Of a stretch of 64,000 nucleotides of DNA, positions 45,401-58,123 are shown piece after piece. Within the stretch, counting starts at the first letter, position 1. Each line of letters opens with the position of its first letter. Made by a program: the position numbers and the translations under genes. This DNA is from Balanoglossus misakiensis (Eukaryota > Animalia > Hemichordata), in contig CM082585.2 in assembly GCA_040954595.2 (NCBI GenBank), positions 11,807,863 through 11,871,862 on the forward strand, read 5' to 3'. A model generated the notes under the pieces. It was not told the DNA's origin and ran no database searches. It saw only the letters and a program-made list of their open reading frames with translations.

Positions 45401-48400
45401 TATCCTCAACATGTCATTTTAACAAATGATCTTGCTTCACTGAGAATTTCTTGCATCAGATACGTGTCCTATTGGCTTAATAGAAATCTGAAATGACAGA
45501 GAGAGTATATAACTTTCATATGTACACAGAACGCAAACTGTCTTGACAAGGCCCAACACTCGCATGAAATGGCCAACGTAATGTCAGAAGATATCAGATT
45601 TGTTCAGCACGCAATGCGCGAGTCATTCACCCTAAAGTTGAGATAAAAATGAAGAGAGAAACATTAACGATAGCAATCAAGCAGCCAGAGGGAAAACTCT
45701 ATGTCCATTGTACCTGTAATTGTTGGCAGATTTTATCACCTGATTTTTTTCAGTGATATGTCTACAATAAATGCTTTTACTAATAGTATTTTCTTGTTGG
45801 TAGCTCACATTTGCAAAGTGTTTTGTGCCAGCATATCTGATAAAGTACACAGCTGAACGCATTCAAGTTCCAAAAACTAAATACAGAAGGCAGTTTTCAA
45901 TTGCTGCTTGTTGTTAGTCTGGAAATCGCAGGTGAGATTTTTATTCAGCAAAAAAATGCCAGTTTTAAGACTCTCTGTGGGGGGTTGGACCTGGGAGAGT
46001 GATGCTTCCCATTGCTTTGTCAATTTACATTTGTGAATCTATTCACAGATGCCGGACACACCCTTCCGTGAGAAATCAATGTTTTATCTCCTTTGAAAAA
46101 TACACATCCCATGCAGAGAATAGTTTGCATTGTTTCCATGGCAATGTCAGTCATTCTCTAACTATAGCAGTATCTATCTTCGATCATTACATTCTCAAAT
46201 ACAGAGAAACAGAAACTGCATCATTGCAGTGTATATACATGTCTTGCTTGCCACATCATAAAAACATAAAAAGGAGTTTGATGTTTTGTCAATTGCAGTG
46301 AATTAGTGGAAAATCACAGATCTTGTTTTTAATAACCAACTTCTTGACTTGTACAGAAAAAGCCAAATGCTATAAATGTGTAGATCAATTTGTTTTTGCG
46401 TCATGTCACAGTTACTTCAATACAATGTACGCAGTCCTAAAATGTGCACCTTCAAGTATGGAGCTCGGCAAATCGGATTGCTCAGTAATTACAGTCAGTG
46501 TTTTACTGGTCTCCACGGTAACACAGGAACACTAAACTGGCCACATGGATACAATTGAACCTTGTGTTAACCTCAACCTGTGATCCATTAGCCCGCGCTT
46601 GAATCGAAACATGTTTGTTTCATCACCAAGGTGAAACTAGCGCTTATACTAGTCTTCTGTATCTAAATGTAAGTGAAGGGTTCTTGAGTGGCAAGTGTTT
46701 GTGCACGTTTCAATTGGCCATCATGTCAAACTGCCTCAACGGTAACTCCACAAATTACCGGAGATGAATAGTAGTGTTGTTTTCAAGGACCCCTATCTTT
46801 GACTTTTGGCTATTTCATGGTATTTTTGGCTTTGTGCATCAACTACAATTTCATGCTCTCCTTGTAATATCCCCAGATACCGTTTTCTGGTCATCAAAAA
46901 GCCAATCATGCATGTGTGTATAGTAATCAGAAATTTCAGAGAGAGAGTTTTCACATGTACACGTACGCAGACCTGTATTAATAAAAGAGGCAGTCTTGAC
47001 AAGGCCTAATACTCACAGCAAGTAATGAAAGGTCCGTATATAGGTCTGGGTGCCCTGGGGAAAATGAGGTTCGTGCTTCATGAAAAGTGGAGTAGTTTTT
47101 CGATGTGTCAGTGTCAACTTCAAGGAATATACTGAAACTGACATATTCAGATATTGTATTTTTTCAACCACACATGGAAATCACTAGGAAAGGCAGATGT
47201 CAGTCATCTCAAATGGAATTGTGTGTATAATGACACTTGCTGAGTTGGAGAGTGACTGTAGAAAAAGGACAATCTTCGCCGTTTAATGAGTTTTCTGTGG
47301 AGACATTCTGTACATCAGAGTGCTTGAAAATGGTTGGAAAATGAAAGAAAAGAAGAAAACAGATATCTATCTAGCTCTCCCACTGAGTTTTAATAGCTCT
47401 GTTGTTCACAGATTTCTGTTCAACACAATCCTGGGTGTGATCCCTCCCCGCCCTTTTGTAATCTGCCAGCGCAGTAGGGGGTCACTACATGTGTTTCTGT
47501 GACAATAAAGTGACTTGATGTGCTCAAGGTATGTATGACCGTGAGATGCAGTCGACTGGAACAGGTGGACATTTGCAGAATAGAACTGTCAGTATGATCG
47601 ATACATTGGTATTGTCTGATAGTTGTCAACAACGGCAGTCCTCATCAGTCTAATCTTTCCTTCATGTGTGTATGGATTTGTGTTCATCTTATGTCTGAGT
47701 ACAAGAGTGAATACATGTAGACATTGGAATATAGTTGGTGCAGAGTGTAAATGTTATTGTCTCAGTGTACTGTGTGCATGTGTGTGTCAAAACATACCCA
47801 CAGATAAATACATGTACATAGACAATTTGGTTTTGTGTAAATATTTCTTCATTCTCACTAAAAAAAATCCAAAGTGTCACTACTGATTGATACCATTTTT
47901 AACTTGAAATTAGACATTAAGTGACATGAATTAGTAAAACTAATGGTGATATAATTATTTAGTTAGGCTGTTGTCGATCAGAACGCGACCCAGGAACACG
48001 TACTGGAAAGTGACCCAGCTCGTTGAGTGAGTGATCGAAGACAGTGCATTTGTAGGGCTTCCTTTCTGTTCGACGGCCATCACTGTGCAGCTCAAAAAGC
48101 AACGATTTCTGCACAAGTATAATAGAACGTCCATTTTCGATATAGTTGTCTATTACCTTATATATTGGAGTTAACATCCGTAGCTTTTGGTAAATTTTAT
48201 CGAGAAAAAAAAACATCAACAAAAGGATCAGAAAATAAAGCGGTCCCAGAAACGCCCGCAAAATGTGTTTCAGTGTAAATCAAACATCGATGTCGCGATG
48301 CAAATGACCGATTTCTGCACAAGTATATAAGCAGTCAGTGTATATAGTTACAATCCAGAACCAATTCACCTTTAACTATATATCACATATGCAATTTGAT

Positions 48401-50774
48401 GGTTGTGTACAATTCAAAGCACTACTGTAATGGCCAACTATGATTTTTACGACATCTGGAAATGTATCTGAGCAAAGCTTTAGTGAACATTTGTCCAGAC
48501 CAAACCAATTTAGTTTTTAGCCCATAGCCAGCTGAAATTGCCATAGAAACAGTCATAATTTGCCTGCAATTTCTTATTACGATGATTTACAGTATTTTGT
48601 TTGACCTTTGATGTCAGAAATTACAATTCTTGGAGCCAAATGTCTGATCCAAATCGCTGGTGTTATTATACCCTTTCTGCAATCATCATTATACAGAGTT
48701 TTATATTCTGTTGCGTAAAATAGATTTCCTTCATTGAACCATAGACCACAGAGAGACTACAGCCCAATTTCCTCAGATAAAGATTCTCTCCAAGTTAACT
48801 AGTGGGCAGTACAGTACATGTACATCACGTCATCAATATTTAAATCAGTTTATTTCATGATCAAGAGGTGGGATGAGCTGAAAGCAGTATTCAATTTCTA
48901 ACCTCGTAAAAGATTCATTTTGCTTCTCGTATTACACGTTTACAGTATTTACATTATTAATGAATCGTCTGTCTTGAGGCTGTTCGTGAGTTACAGCTTG
49001 AACTACAAGATTGTTATTTCGACTCATTTTACCCTGGCTAGAAGACCTAAACAATCCAGACATAAATTGAAATTAAGGCCCAGAGCTGTAAATACTGTTT
49101 GTTTCGTCTTTAACAGATACCAACTTCTGCAAATTTTGAAGCGACATGGTGACATCAAGGAATTGGATTTTTTGTTTCACAAATCGGGACCCAATCAGGG
49201 AAAACCAAGAGGCTACTGCTTTGTAAACTACACAACAAAAGAGGTAATGTTTGAATCTACAGAGCCAATAGACCATTTTCCAAACTCAATAAAACCTGTT
49301 AGATCTCGCATGGCTGGGACATTCTCATGTATACATGTGTATCTGCTATTATTTTTTCCCCCAGGAAGCAGAGAAGGCCATGAAACATTTAGACGGAAAG
49401 TTAGCATTAAGTAAAAAATTATCAGTTTGTTGGGCACAACCACATTCAAAAGTAAGTGCATTGTATTAATTATTATTTAAGTGGTATGGTTCTGCAAACG
49501 AACTCAGGCTTAACCCTCTCACCACCATGGTTCAGTCCAAACCTATTGTTTTCTATGGTAAGGTTGGACCTCTAAAGAGCGAACTGGGGGTGAAAGGTTT
49601 AAAGAAGATGTGATATCGTCATTGTCTTCTTTGTTCTTATCTGTTCCTTTGATAATCAAGATTGAAAGCATCTAATAAAATAAGTCTTCTTCTATCAAAC
49701 AGAATTCCAGTGAGGGTGTCCGAGGTGGCAAACTGAAGTTCCCAATCTGTATGGGTGGTCAGAGTGGCCATATAGGAAGTAGCAAACTTCTTCACAAGGA
49801 CGTGAGGTGAGTATTTAGAATTCAAAGATCTGACCACCCCTATGTATTGGACATACTTTGATTCAAAATTCTCCTTGGAAACATGATTACTTGAGATGTC
49901 CTAAAAGCCAGCCATTAAATTCAGGCTGCCTAGGTAGCAAAACCCTATTTAAGGTAGGGAGAATTGTCAGTGAGAATTTCTCAGGTGTCTTTGTTGGTTC
50001 ACATGGATTATTTCTGTTGCAGAGGTAACATTGATGTTTGCTTATCAAAGTATGCAATTTGAAAAAAAAAATTCTGCCAATAGGGAACATGGATTGTTCA
50101 TGAAGACTTTTGTATGAACCAGGATGTCGCTGGCAATGTTATATAGATTGACTGTCTTCTGCAATTTCAAGCACATATGCAGTTATTGCTGCATGACCCC
50201 ATGATTGAGGTCGTCATGATAGGTGGCTTTTATATCATCGACAGAGCACCATTGTCATGACAACAACCATGCATTAGCGACAGAGACTGTATCATACCAA
50301 GGCATGGCCACATTAAGAGACTCATAACATGCTTATGATTGTTTCCATGGTGATATGATGCAAAACGTTGCTTCCACAGGTGAATTCTGACAGAAAACAT
50401 GAAGAAGTGTTAACAATCTCACAAGTGAAGCATTTATTAAAGAGCAGTGGAAATTTCTTCTCAGAAAGAAAGTAGATTTGATTTTTAATTTTTGATTGAT
50501 TATCGTTTGGAGATCACAGTGATTGATGTTGAAAAACAACTGTATAGTCGTTCTTTTTTTAACTTCCTACTGCAGCACTGATATGAAGATCAAAGCCATA
50601 GAGGACAAACTGAAAGCCATGGAAAGAAATGATGAAGAGTTTTCAGTTTTCCCTGATCTTGGGAGAAATGCCTCAGGACAGCCAAGGACTAAACCGACAA
50701 GAAAACTTACAAACAATGGAACTGATTCAGTGAAACTCCGACACAAACCATATGATAAAAGCAAACAGAGCTAA
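39425..50774 (+). CDS. RBM18: RNA-binding protein 18 (single RRM)
   Basis: Exon 39425-39498 (MASSSSAPSGEHRLWIGNLDPRITE) splices in phase across a 9.6-kb intron to 49117-49243 (YQLLQILK..FLFHKSG..GKPRGYCFVNY). Further exons: 49365-49451 (LDGKLALSKKL), 49703-49806, 50576-50774 (KIKAIEDKLKAM..KPY). Confidence 0.93.
40441..40530. mobile_element. Diverged ~90-bp piggyBac-like MITE copy
   Basis: aacccct...gggggtgaaagggttaa; same length and right end as the 49514-49598 copy. Confidence 0.5.
45179..45246. repeat. Near-perfect ~30-bp-stem hairpin in RBM18 intron 1
   Basis: agtatctaaccgtattttgtcagctttg-cttc-caaagctgacaaaatacggctagatact. Confidence 0.85.
49514..49598. mobile_element. ~90-bp piggyBac-like MITE
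   Basis: TTAA|CCCTCTCACCACCA...TGGGGGTGAAAGGT|TTAA, i.e. short TIRs with TTAA on both sides. Related copies at 10462 and 40441. Confidence 0.7.
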
Positions 50775-51661
50775 AATCTGTAAAATGGTTTAAAGAGAAA
50801 TAGTTATCTTCTTCAGAAATTGTGACCTTCTTGATTCAGGAACTTTTTGGAGTCTATTTTGCAGACATTTATAGGCATCTGTCTGTTTTAGTTTTGTGTG
50901 ATATTTGAAGTATTTTTGTGTACATGTTTGTTGGATAAGTAAAAACAAGCTATGTAACAGATTTATTTGTGTGCGTGCATGCATGCATGTGTGTGTGTGT
51001 GTGTGTGTGTTTCACATCATACCATGTATGATGCTACCTTCTATCACTTACACATTTAAAATGAGACCAAGTTTACCATGAACTTCTCTACCGATGAGTT
51101 ACGACTTTAATACAGTACACACTTTCAAAAAGAAATGCTGAAGCCAGCATATATCTGGCAGCTCACTTTTGAGAGTTTCTAGGAACTGTTCATTTTTATT
51201 TTTTATCAGGAAATTTTTTTTCTTGTAAATTCAATTGGTTATTGGAAAATAAATACTGGATGTGGACTATGGATTAGATACTGTATTGTGGTCCTTTTTA
51301 CCCCAGTTTTTTTTCTTGCCTTATTCATCACAACTTTGCTTCAACCACCTGTATGCCACAGTTTATTGCCAGACTAAAAGTGGCTTAATATAAAACTCCA
51401 GTCCCTTTATGTACAGATTACAGCTAACTATCATCAACTGACAAAAATTTGACAAAATTGATTTACAGGTTTGTTTGGGGGCGCTGTGACGTTCAGAAGT
51501 GGGACAGGGTATAGCGCCCCCAACGCTGAAGTAAAGATTATAGCATGGGTCAAAGGTTACAGCAAGGAGGATACCGTGGCACATCTTAAATCGTCCGTGA
51601 ATCGCCTAATATTGGAGAAAAAAGACGAGTTTACCGAGAATTTGGTAGATTTAGAAAGAAT

Positions 51662-53985
51662 ATGTTTTCTAAGCTGATAAAAGGAGCTTCCACGGTCGGA
51701 CATAAAGAGAGTTTAATCGACCAGTCCACAGATACTCGAGAGAAACAGACGGAGGAACTTGATTTATCTTATGCCAAAGCCATTGTTTCGATTGTGGACT
51801 CAGATTTGAACGGAGTCCACGTCAATTTATGCAACCAGTTGGCACTTCCAGGTCTAGGTAGGTCCATAGCACCATGTAGTTTACTTGTTGTAGTTCTCGT
51901 GATCACAACTCCCCTCCCACCCACCGACCCACCCACCAACATAATAATAATAGTATCGTCCGTGGAAGTTGTTGGCAACAGAAGTGCTTATAAAGGATAC
52001 AAGTTAAATGTCAGTTTTCTGTTTTATTCTTCCAGAATGTTCATCAGAAATATGTGAAGAAAACAAACTGTCAAATAGGTTAAACGAACTTGGCAGATTA
52101 TTTGAAACCTCAGTTGGCACATTGAGCCAGAAATTTAGAGATCATAAATTGTCTGCAGATGGTAGGTGAAGTATATTTTATTCCATGTAAATACTTGACT
52201 ACAGTAAAGCTGTGTAAATCAACATAGGCTTTTTCTTATAAAGTAAATTACTACGTAAAATACTAATTTTCATAGTTTTAAACTGATGTATTTGGTGATG
52301 ATGATTGGTTTATACATGAGAGACAAAATTTGTGTTTCTGTGCCAGCTGATACTGTATCACCTGTTGCATACATCTATTGACAATATTAAAGAAGGTATT
52401 TACCCAGATTTGTTTTTATCCAACAGATGTGTCGTTAATTGTTCAAGCGCTTGCAGAAAATGGTCAGATTACAATAAAACAGAGTTCATCAGATGGTACT
52501 GCAGAGTTCGAGCATTTACTGCAGAAGGCACAGTGGTGTAATCATTATGATGATCGGACAGCTGTGGAACATGCACAACCACCAGAGTTGGGAGAATATG
52601 CTTATTACAAAACCAGCAGTCAGAATGATGCATTCGATATACAAACAATCAACCCTGTAAATTCTGGCTGTATCATTGTCACATCTGCTGAGAAACTATG
52701 GCAACTGCAGGAACATCAGATTAGACATCCAGAACATATTCTTTACAGAGAATATAGTGAAACATTGAAAAGATATACTGATCTGAACCAACATATGGGC
52801 ATGAACTCAAATGAAAGATCGTTTGTGTGCAATGAATGTGGGAAAACATTCGCACGGATCGACCATCTGGGAATTCACATGCGTATTCACACAAATGAAA
52901 GACCATTTGTGTGCAGTGAATGTGGCAAAGGTTTTTCACAAGTCGGCAATTTCAAGGTTCACATGAGAATCCACTCCAATGAGAGACCATTTGCATGCAG
53001 TGAATGTGGGAAAACCTTTACCCAGAGAAGCAGTTTGAAGACGCACATGAGGATCCACTCAAATGCCAGACCGTTTCAATGCTTCATGTGCGCTAAAACC
53101 TTTTCTGAAAGTGGTAAACTCAATATACATATGAGGGTACATACAAATGAAAGACCATTTGCATGCAGTGTATGCAGTAAAACTTTCAAACACAGAGATG
53201 ATGTCAAGCAACATATGGGCATGCACTCAAATGAAAGACCATGTGAATGCAGTGAGTGTGGCAAAGCATATAAAAATCGAGGTGATCTGAAGAAACACAT
53301 GAGGACCCATTTAGAGGAAAAACCATTTGCATGTAGTGAATGTGGAAAGACATTTTCACAGAGTGGGAATATGAAATCGCACATGAGGATCCACTCCAAT
53401 GAGAAACCCTTTCATTGCAGTGAGTGTGGCAAGACTTTTGCTCACAGTAGCACCCTGAAAGTTCATATGCGAATCCACTCCAATGAAAGACCGTATTCCT
53501 GCAGTATTTGCTGCAAAGCCTTTGCAGAAAATGGAAAACTCAACAAACACATGAGGGTTCATACAAATGAAAGACCGTTTCCCTGCAGCCAATGTGGTAA
53601 AACCTTCAAACACAAAGATGACGTCAAACTACACATGAGTACCCATTCAGACGAAAGACCATTTGCATGCAGTGATTGTGGCAAAGCATTTAAACAGAGA
53701 AGTGATCTGAAGAAACATAAACGAATCCACACCAATGAACGACCATATATATGCATTGAATGTGGGGAAACATTTACACTCATCGGCAATCTCAAAACCC
53801 ATAAAAGGATTCACACAAATGAAAAACCTTATATGTGCAGTGAATGTGGGAAAAGATTTACTCACCATGGCAGTTTGAAGGTACACATGAGGACCCATTC
53901 AAACAGAAAATGTTTGCCTGAAATGGCAAAACAGTCATGCTCAGTGACAATATGTGAAGAAACAGACAAACTTCCACTCAAATGA
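51662..53985 (+). CDS. C2H2 zinc-finger protein with 13 tandem fingers
   Basis: Exons 51662-51857, 52036-52161 and 52427-53985 join in phase 1. There are 13 CxxC-x12-HxxxH fingers with mostly (T/S)NERP linkers. The N-terminal exons are less certain. Confidence 0.92.
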
Positions 53986-55820
53986 AAATCGTTTATTTCA
54001 TACTCAACAAGTGATATGCTGCGCTGATGTCTTTGTGCACACTGTATATGTAGTATAGAAAATACTAATATATCAAATCTGATTTTCTATTGGTGATTAA
54101 ATGTTAAGATTGATGGCTGAGATATTGCTTTGTTTGTGTTTGTCTGTTTGTTTGTTTGTTGCATGTATCACTGCCCTTTTGTTAACCCCCTATAGAAAGG
54201 TGAAATAAACCTATGCCACTTTCTCCACGTAAAATTTCTGGCAAATACTTGATATTATGCTACCGATCATTCATGGTGTCATATACATGTACGAGCAAAG
54301 TAGACGTCGCATACGAGTTCACTGTAACAACAGTACTCGATGTAGCCAGCTAGACCATATCATTGGATAACCCCATATGTTATAAATGTAGATGACGTGT
54401 CCATGCACCTTGTTAATTTGAATGTTATGAACTGTTTCTTATTGGCTGAAAAACGTGAACAGATGTTAATATGTAGATTTCCATTTGAAGCAAGATACAC
54501 CATTGTGGGGTCACTCCATCCACGTGCTTCAAGACAGAGCTGGAGAAACTGAGGTCATTTTTTTCTCTCTCAAGGATGATGGCTTCATAAGCTAGCTTAC
54601 ACACCAAACTACAGGAGTTACGCTTTCTTCCCCATCTGGCCATGAAACTCTTGAACGCTACCAGGAACCATGAATCTCGGGAAAACGTTGTTTGGCGCGC
54701 CACTGCATCAGGAATGGACCAGAAAAAATACGCTTTTTGGAAGCAAAGCTTTTCGCACAGGTGAGCCCACAACGTGTTTGAAACAGACGTTCTTTGATTA
54801 GCTTTTCTTGCCCAAGTAAACGGAAACACATAGTTTTAAACCCCCAAAACAGATTAACAGACAATTTTTAAACAGTGGAAAGGCAATCTGTATGAGAGCC
54901 CCGTGACTACCAAAGAAAGTGATGCGTGTTAATCCCATGTATACGTGCATGGTATCGAGAATCGAGTATGTGACAGAATATTTTCTGAGTGTGGTGCCGG
55001 GGTCAGGTGTGTTGTTAGTGTTCTGTAGCCGGACATATAGTCTAAGCGCAGGACCACTCCAATATTTGTAGAAGCATACTTGCGTCGCTCATCATATTCA
55101 GCCACAAATTAAGACGTTGACTGCCGACTTGATAGAAAACGCAGATTCCATCTCGGATATAAATATGCATCATTTTCCTTTCACAAAATGCTAATGAAAG
55201 ATGATGGTGCAATTTCCTATTGCCCTGCCAGGTAATGAACTTACAAACGTCGACATGTAATCTTTAATATTTAGTGCAATTTCGTGTTTATGAAGTAATT
55301 TCGGTGAAACGTGTACTGGCTCTCTACGGAATTGATACTATATGCGATCGGCGTGGTGTCATTAATAGCGAAATTAGCTTTTTAATTTGACTGCGATTGC
55401 AGGCGTGAGTGTCAGTACCTTGCGCATAGGCGATCACATCGCAGAGGAATTAGTTGTATGGATAAATTGGTTGGAACTATTACTGTTGAAGTTTGAGCAA
55501 ACAGCGTGACATCATATTTGCGCCCAAGTTGGATGTCTGGAATTGTCTTCGCGGTATTGATGTCATATCTATCTAATTTAGTTTATGTTTTAATATATTC
55601 ATGACACTTTTCTTAGTGATATTGTTATGATACCGTCACAGGTGGCTGGTTTGGGGATTTGGACTAGATTGCATTTTCAGAATATACGCACGGTAGGACT
55701 GTGGGCGTCAGTCGGCTACAGAATAAAACGTCGATCTGTGTAAAAAGTTGTGTTTATTGAGGGCCAAAGTTGGCATTTTCACACGCTTCAAAGCCGCGAT
55801 TCGTATTGAAAAGGAAAAAC

Positions 55821-57561
55821 ATGAAATCTGGAAAAGACATGACCAGCGCTGTCGGCGTTATAGTAATCATCTTCGTCGGTATCTGTATCGAGACAAGCTC
55901 AGCCCGATCCGGGCAAGACTTTCTCCGCTTTATCCAAGACTTAAATGAAGACTTTAATTCCTTAAAAGTTGAGTATGCGAACCTTGTGGCGGAAATGAAT
56001 GATCTGGAGATGAGCCTGGCGACACAAGCTGAATTTTTACGGAACGCCGTGACTGGAGCCGACAAAGAAGAATTAGATTACATTATAGAAGAGCAGAGCA
56101 GAAAAATTGAAGAAATGGAAGCGAAAGTCAAGTTGCAGGAAACTACCATTGACGTGCTTGTCGAGAAAGAGAGACAGAGAAGTCTACTGCATCAAGGAAA
56201 TGACAAAATCGCCGTAGATGTCAACTCCAATGGCGGAAGAACACAGCAGAAAAGACACTCGGTGAAACGTCGGTGGATTGAGTCGGACGCAACACGCCAA
56301 ATGTCAGAGAAAAGAGGTACGCTTTTTATGTTCGCAAAATCATGCCGGCTTTTTCTTTTTAAATTTTGCACGATAACCGCGAATTGTTACTTTCAGGTGA
56401 TCTTATATTGTCTTGAGCAAAAATTGAGGAAAATGTAACTTATATTTCGAGCCGCGTATATGATTTTCCTTTAGCTGATATGACAAACGCTTTTCTAATG
56501 TTCAAGTTGTTCCACGGGGAAAGTAAGAGCGAGAAGACTATTCAAAATCATACAATTTCACAATCACAATTAATTATTTATGCAATTTTCCTGCTTCCTG
56601 GTTCACGAAAATTGAATTCCAATCCTGGCTTTATTTTTTTTTTCAAATAATATTGTGCCAATTGAATACTTGCTTCCTTCAGAGAGGCTGAGAAACGAGT
56701 GTAATTTCCTTGAAGGAAAGTTTGAACTAATTTCACTGTCAGTATTAATATAAGGTCATACGACCACATACAGCTATTTCGTCAATTTCTATCACGTGAC
56801 ATCACGGGTGATTTTGTTGTTACAGCTTTGTTAATATTTCAGACTACATGGATTTAGGCCTACGACCATTAGCAAAAGTTTTCTTCTGATTTGATATTTT
56901 TAATCGGCTTAAGTCATCGCACATGCTGTTTTTAACTCAACAAACGGTTCCGAACTGTTTTTTTTTCTTTCGTCAAACATTGTGAAACAAATACGTGAAT
57001 CTTAGAACTGCTTACACCAGTTTAAAATTGTACAGCAGCTTGGTTCCATACTAAATTTCGATTTCGCCATGACAACGGAGCTAAAGCATCTTTTGGGGAA
57101 TTATGTTGAATTCCAGGATTTTTAATATCTCAATCTATTTAATTGCAGACTCTAACAGAGTAGCATTCTCGGCGGCCAGAACTAGAGTATTGCTGAGCGA
57201 GGTGCATGCGCAGAAAGTCTCTTTCGAACACATTTTCGTCGACGAAGGCGGCAGCTTCGATCCCACCGATGGTACCTTCATCTGCCGTGTGCCTGGGGTG
57301 TACTACTTCGTCTACACCATGCGAACATTTGACGGCCACTACATCGGAGTTCTCCTGATGAAGAACGAAGAGATACAAGTCTCAATGCAAACCGATGCAG
57401 ACGACAGAAGCTTGATGCAATCTCAGAGTGTCCTCCTCTCTCTGCAACCGGGAGACGAGATTTATCTTCGTATGAGTCCGTCGTCATCTAGAAACGCAAG
57501 CTTTGCCATCTACGATAACCATAACAACTACGTCACGTTCAGCGGGTTTCTTGTCATGTGA
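55821..57561 (+). CDS. Secreted C1q-domain protein with coiled-coil stalk (no collagen)
   Basis: Exon 55821-56316 (signal peptide AVGVIVIIFVGICIETSSA, heptad region) splices to 57149-57561, a gC1q domain: RVAFSAAR..GGSFDPTDGTFICRVPGVYYFVY..SQSVLLSLQPGDEIYL..TFSGFLV. Confidence 0.92.
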
Positions 57562-58123
57562 CCGTGATAGATGTTAGTCCAAAGAGCTCATTTCCCACCC
57601 TCTTTCAAATGTAATCTTCAACTTTAAATATTGTGGCAGAATTCACACTCACTATATATCCCACAGGGTGAAATAGCCACATGAATGATGTATATTCCAG
57701 ACAAAGCATGGTTCAATTAGTATTAAATAAAAACAACTAAAGTATTGATTTGGTGGATTTTGTTGCTGACGGAGCTTGTTGCGGTATGTAAATATTACAC
57801 GGTTATAGCCCCATGGGCTGTAACTCGATAAACACACATTTAATCTCGGAACTGCTTACATTTTATATGTAATAAATAAGGTTTCAATTGTTAATGGGAA
57901 ATATTTCCCATATGTCCACACATAAACCATTTAACGACGATATTTTTTATCGTGGATGAAATGTCCATGATTTTATTGTCTATTATCGGCGCAAGACATT
58001 AAGAATGGCCCCATTGGAGACTAAATTCAAGACAGTTTGAAGCAAATGCGCATCACCCCCGCAACAAAACAAAACACGAAGTAAAATCTGAACGGTCTGT
58101 TTTATATGTCGCATTCATAACAT

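Noticed and set aside
45515-47015. Degenerate ~60-bp direct repeat (gagagag..tgtacac..gtcttgacaaggcc at ~45520 and ~46940)
   Set aside because: Too short and diverged to call LTRs; no internal coding remnant.
52721-53898. Minus-strand ORFs over the zinc-finger exon
   Set aside because: Antisense shadows of the repetitive C2H2 array.
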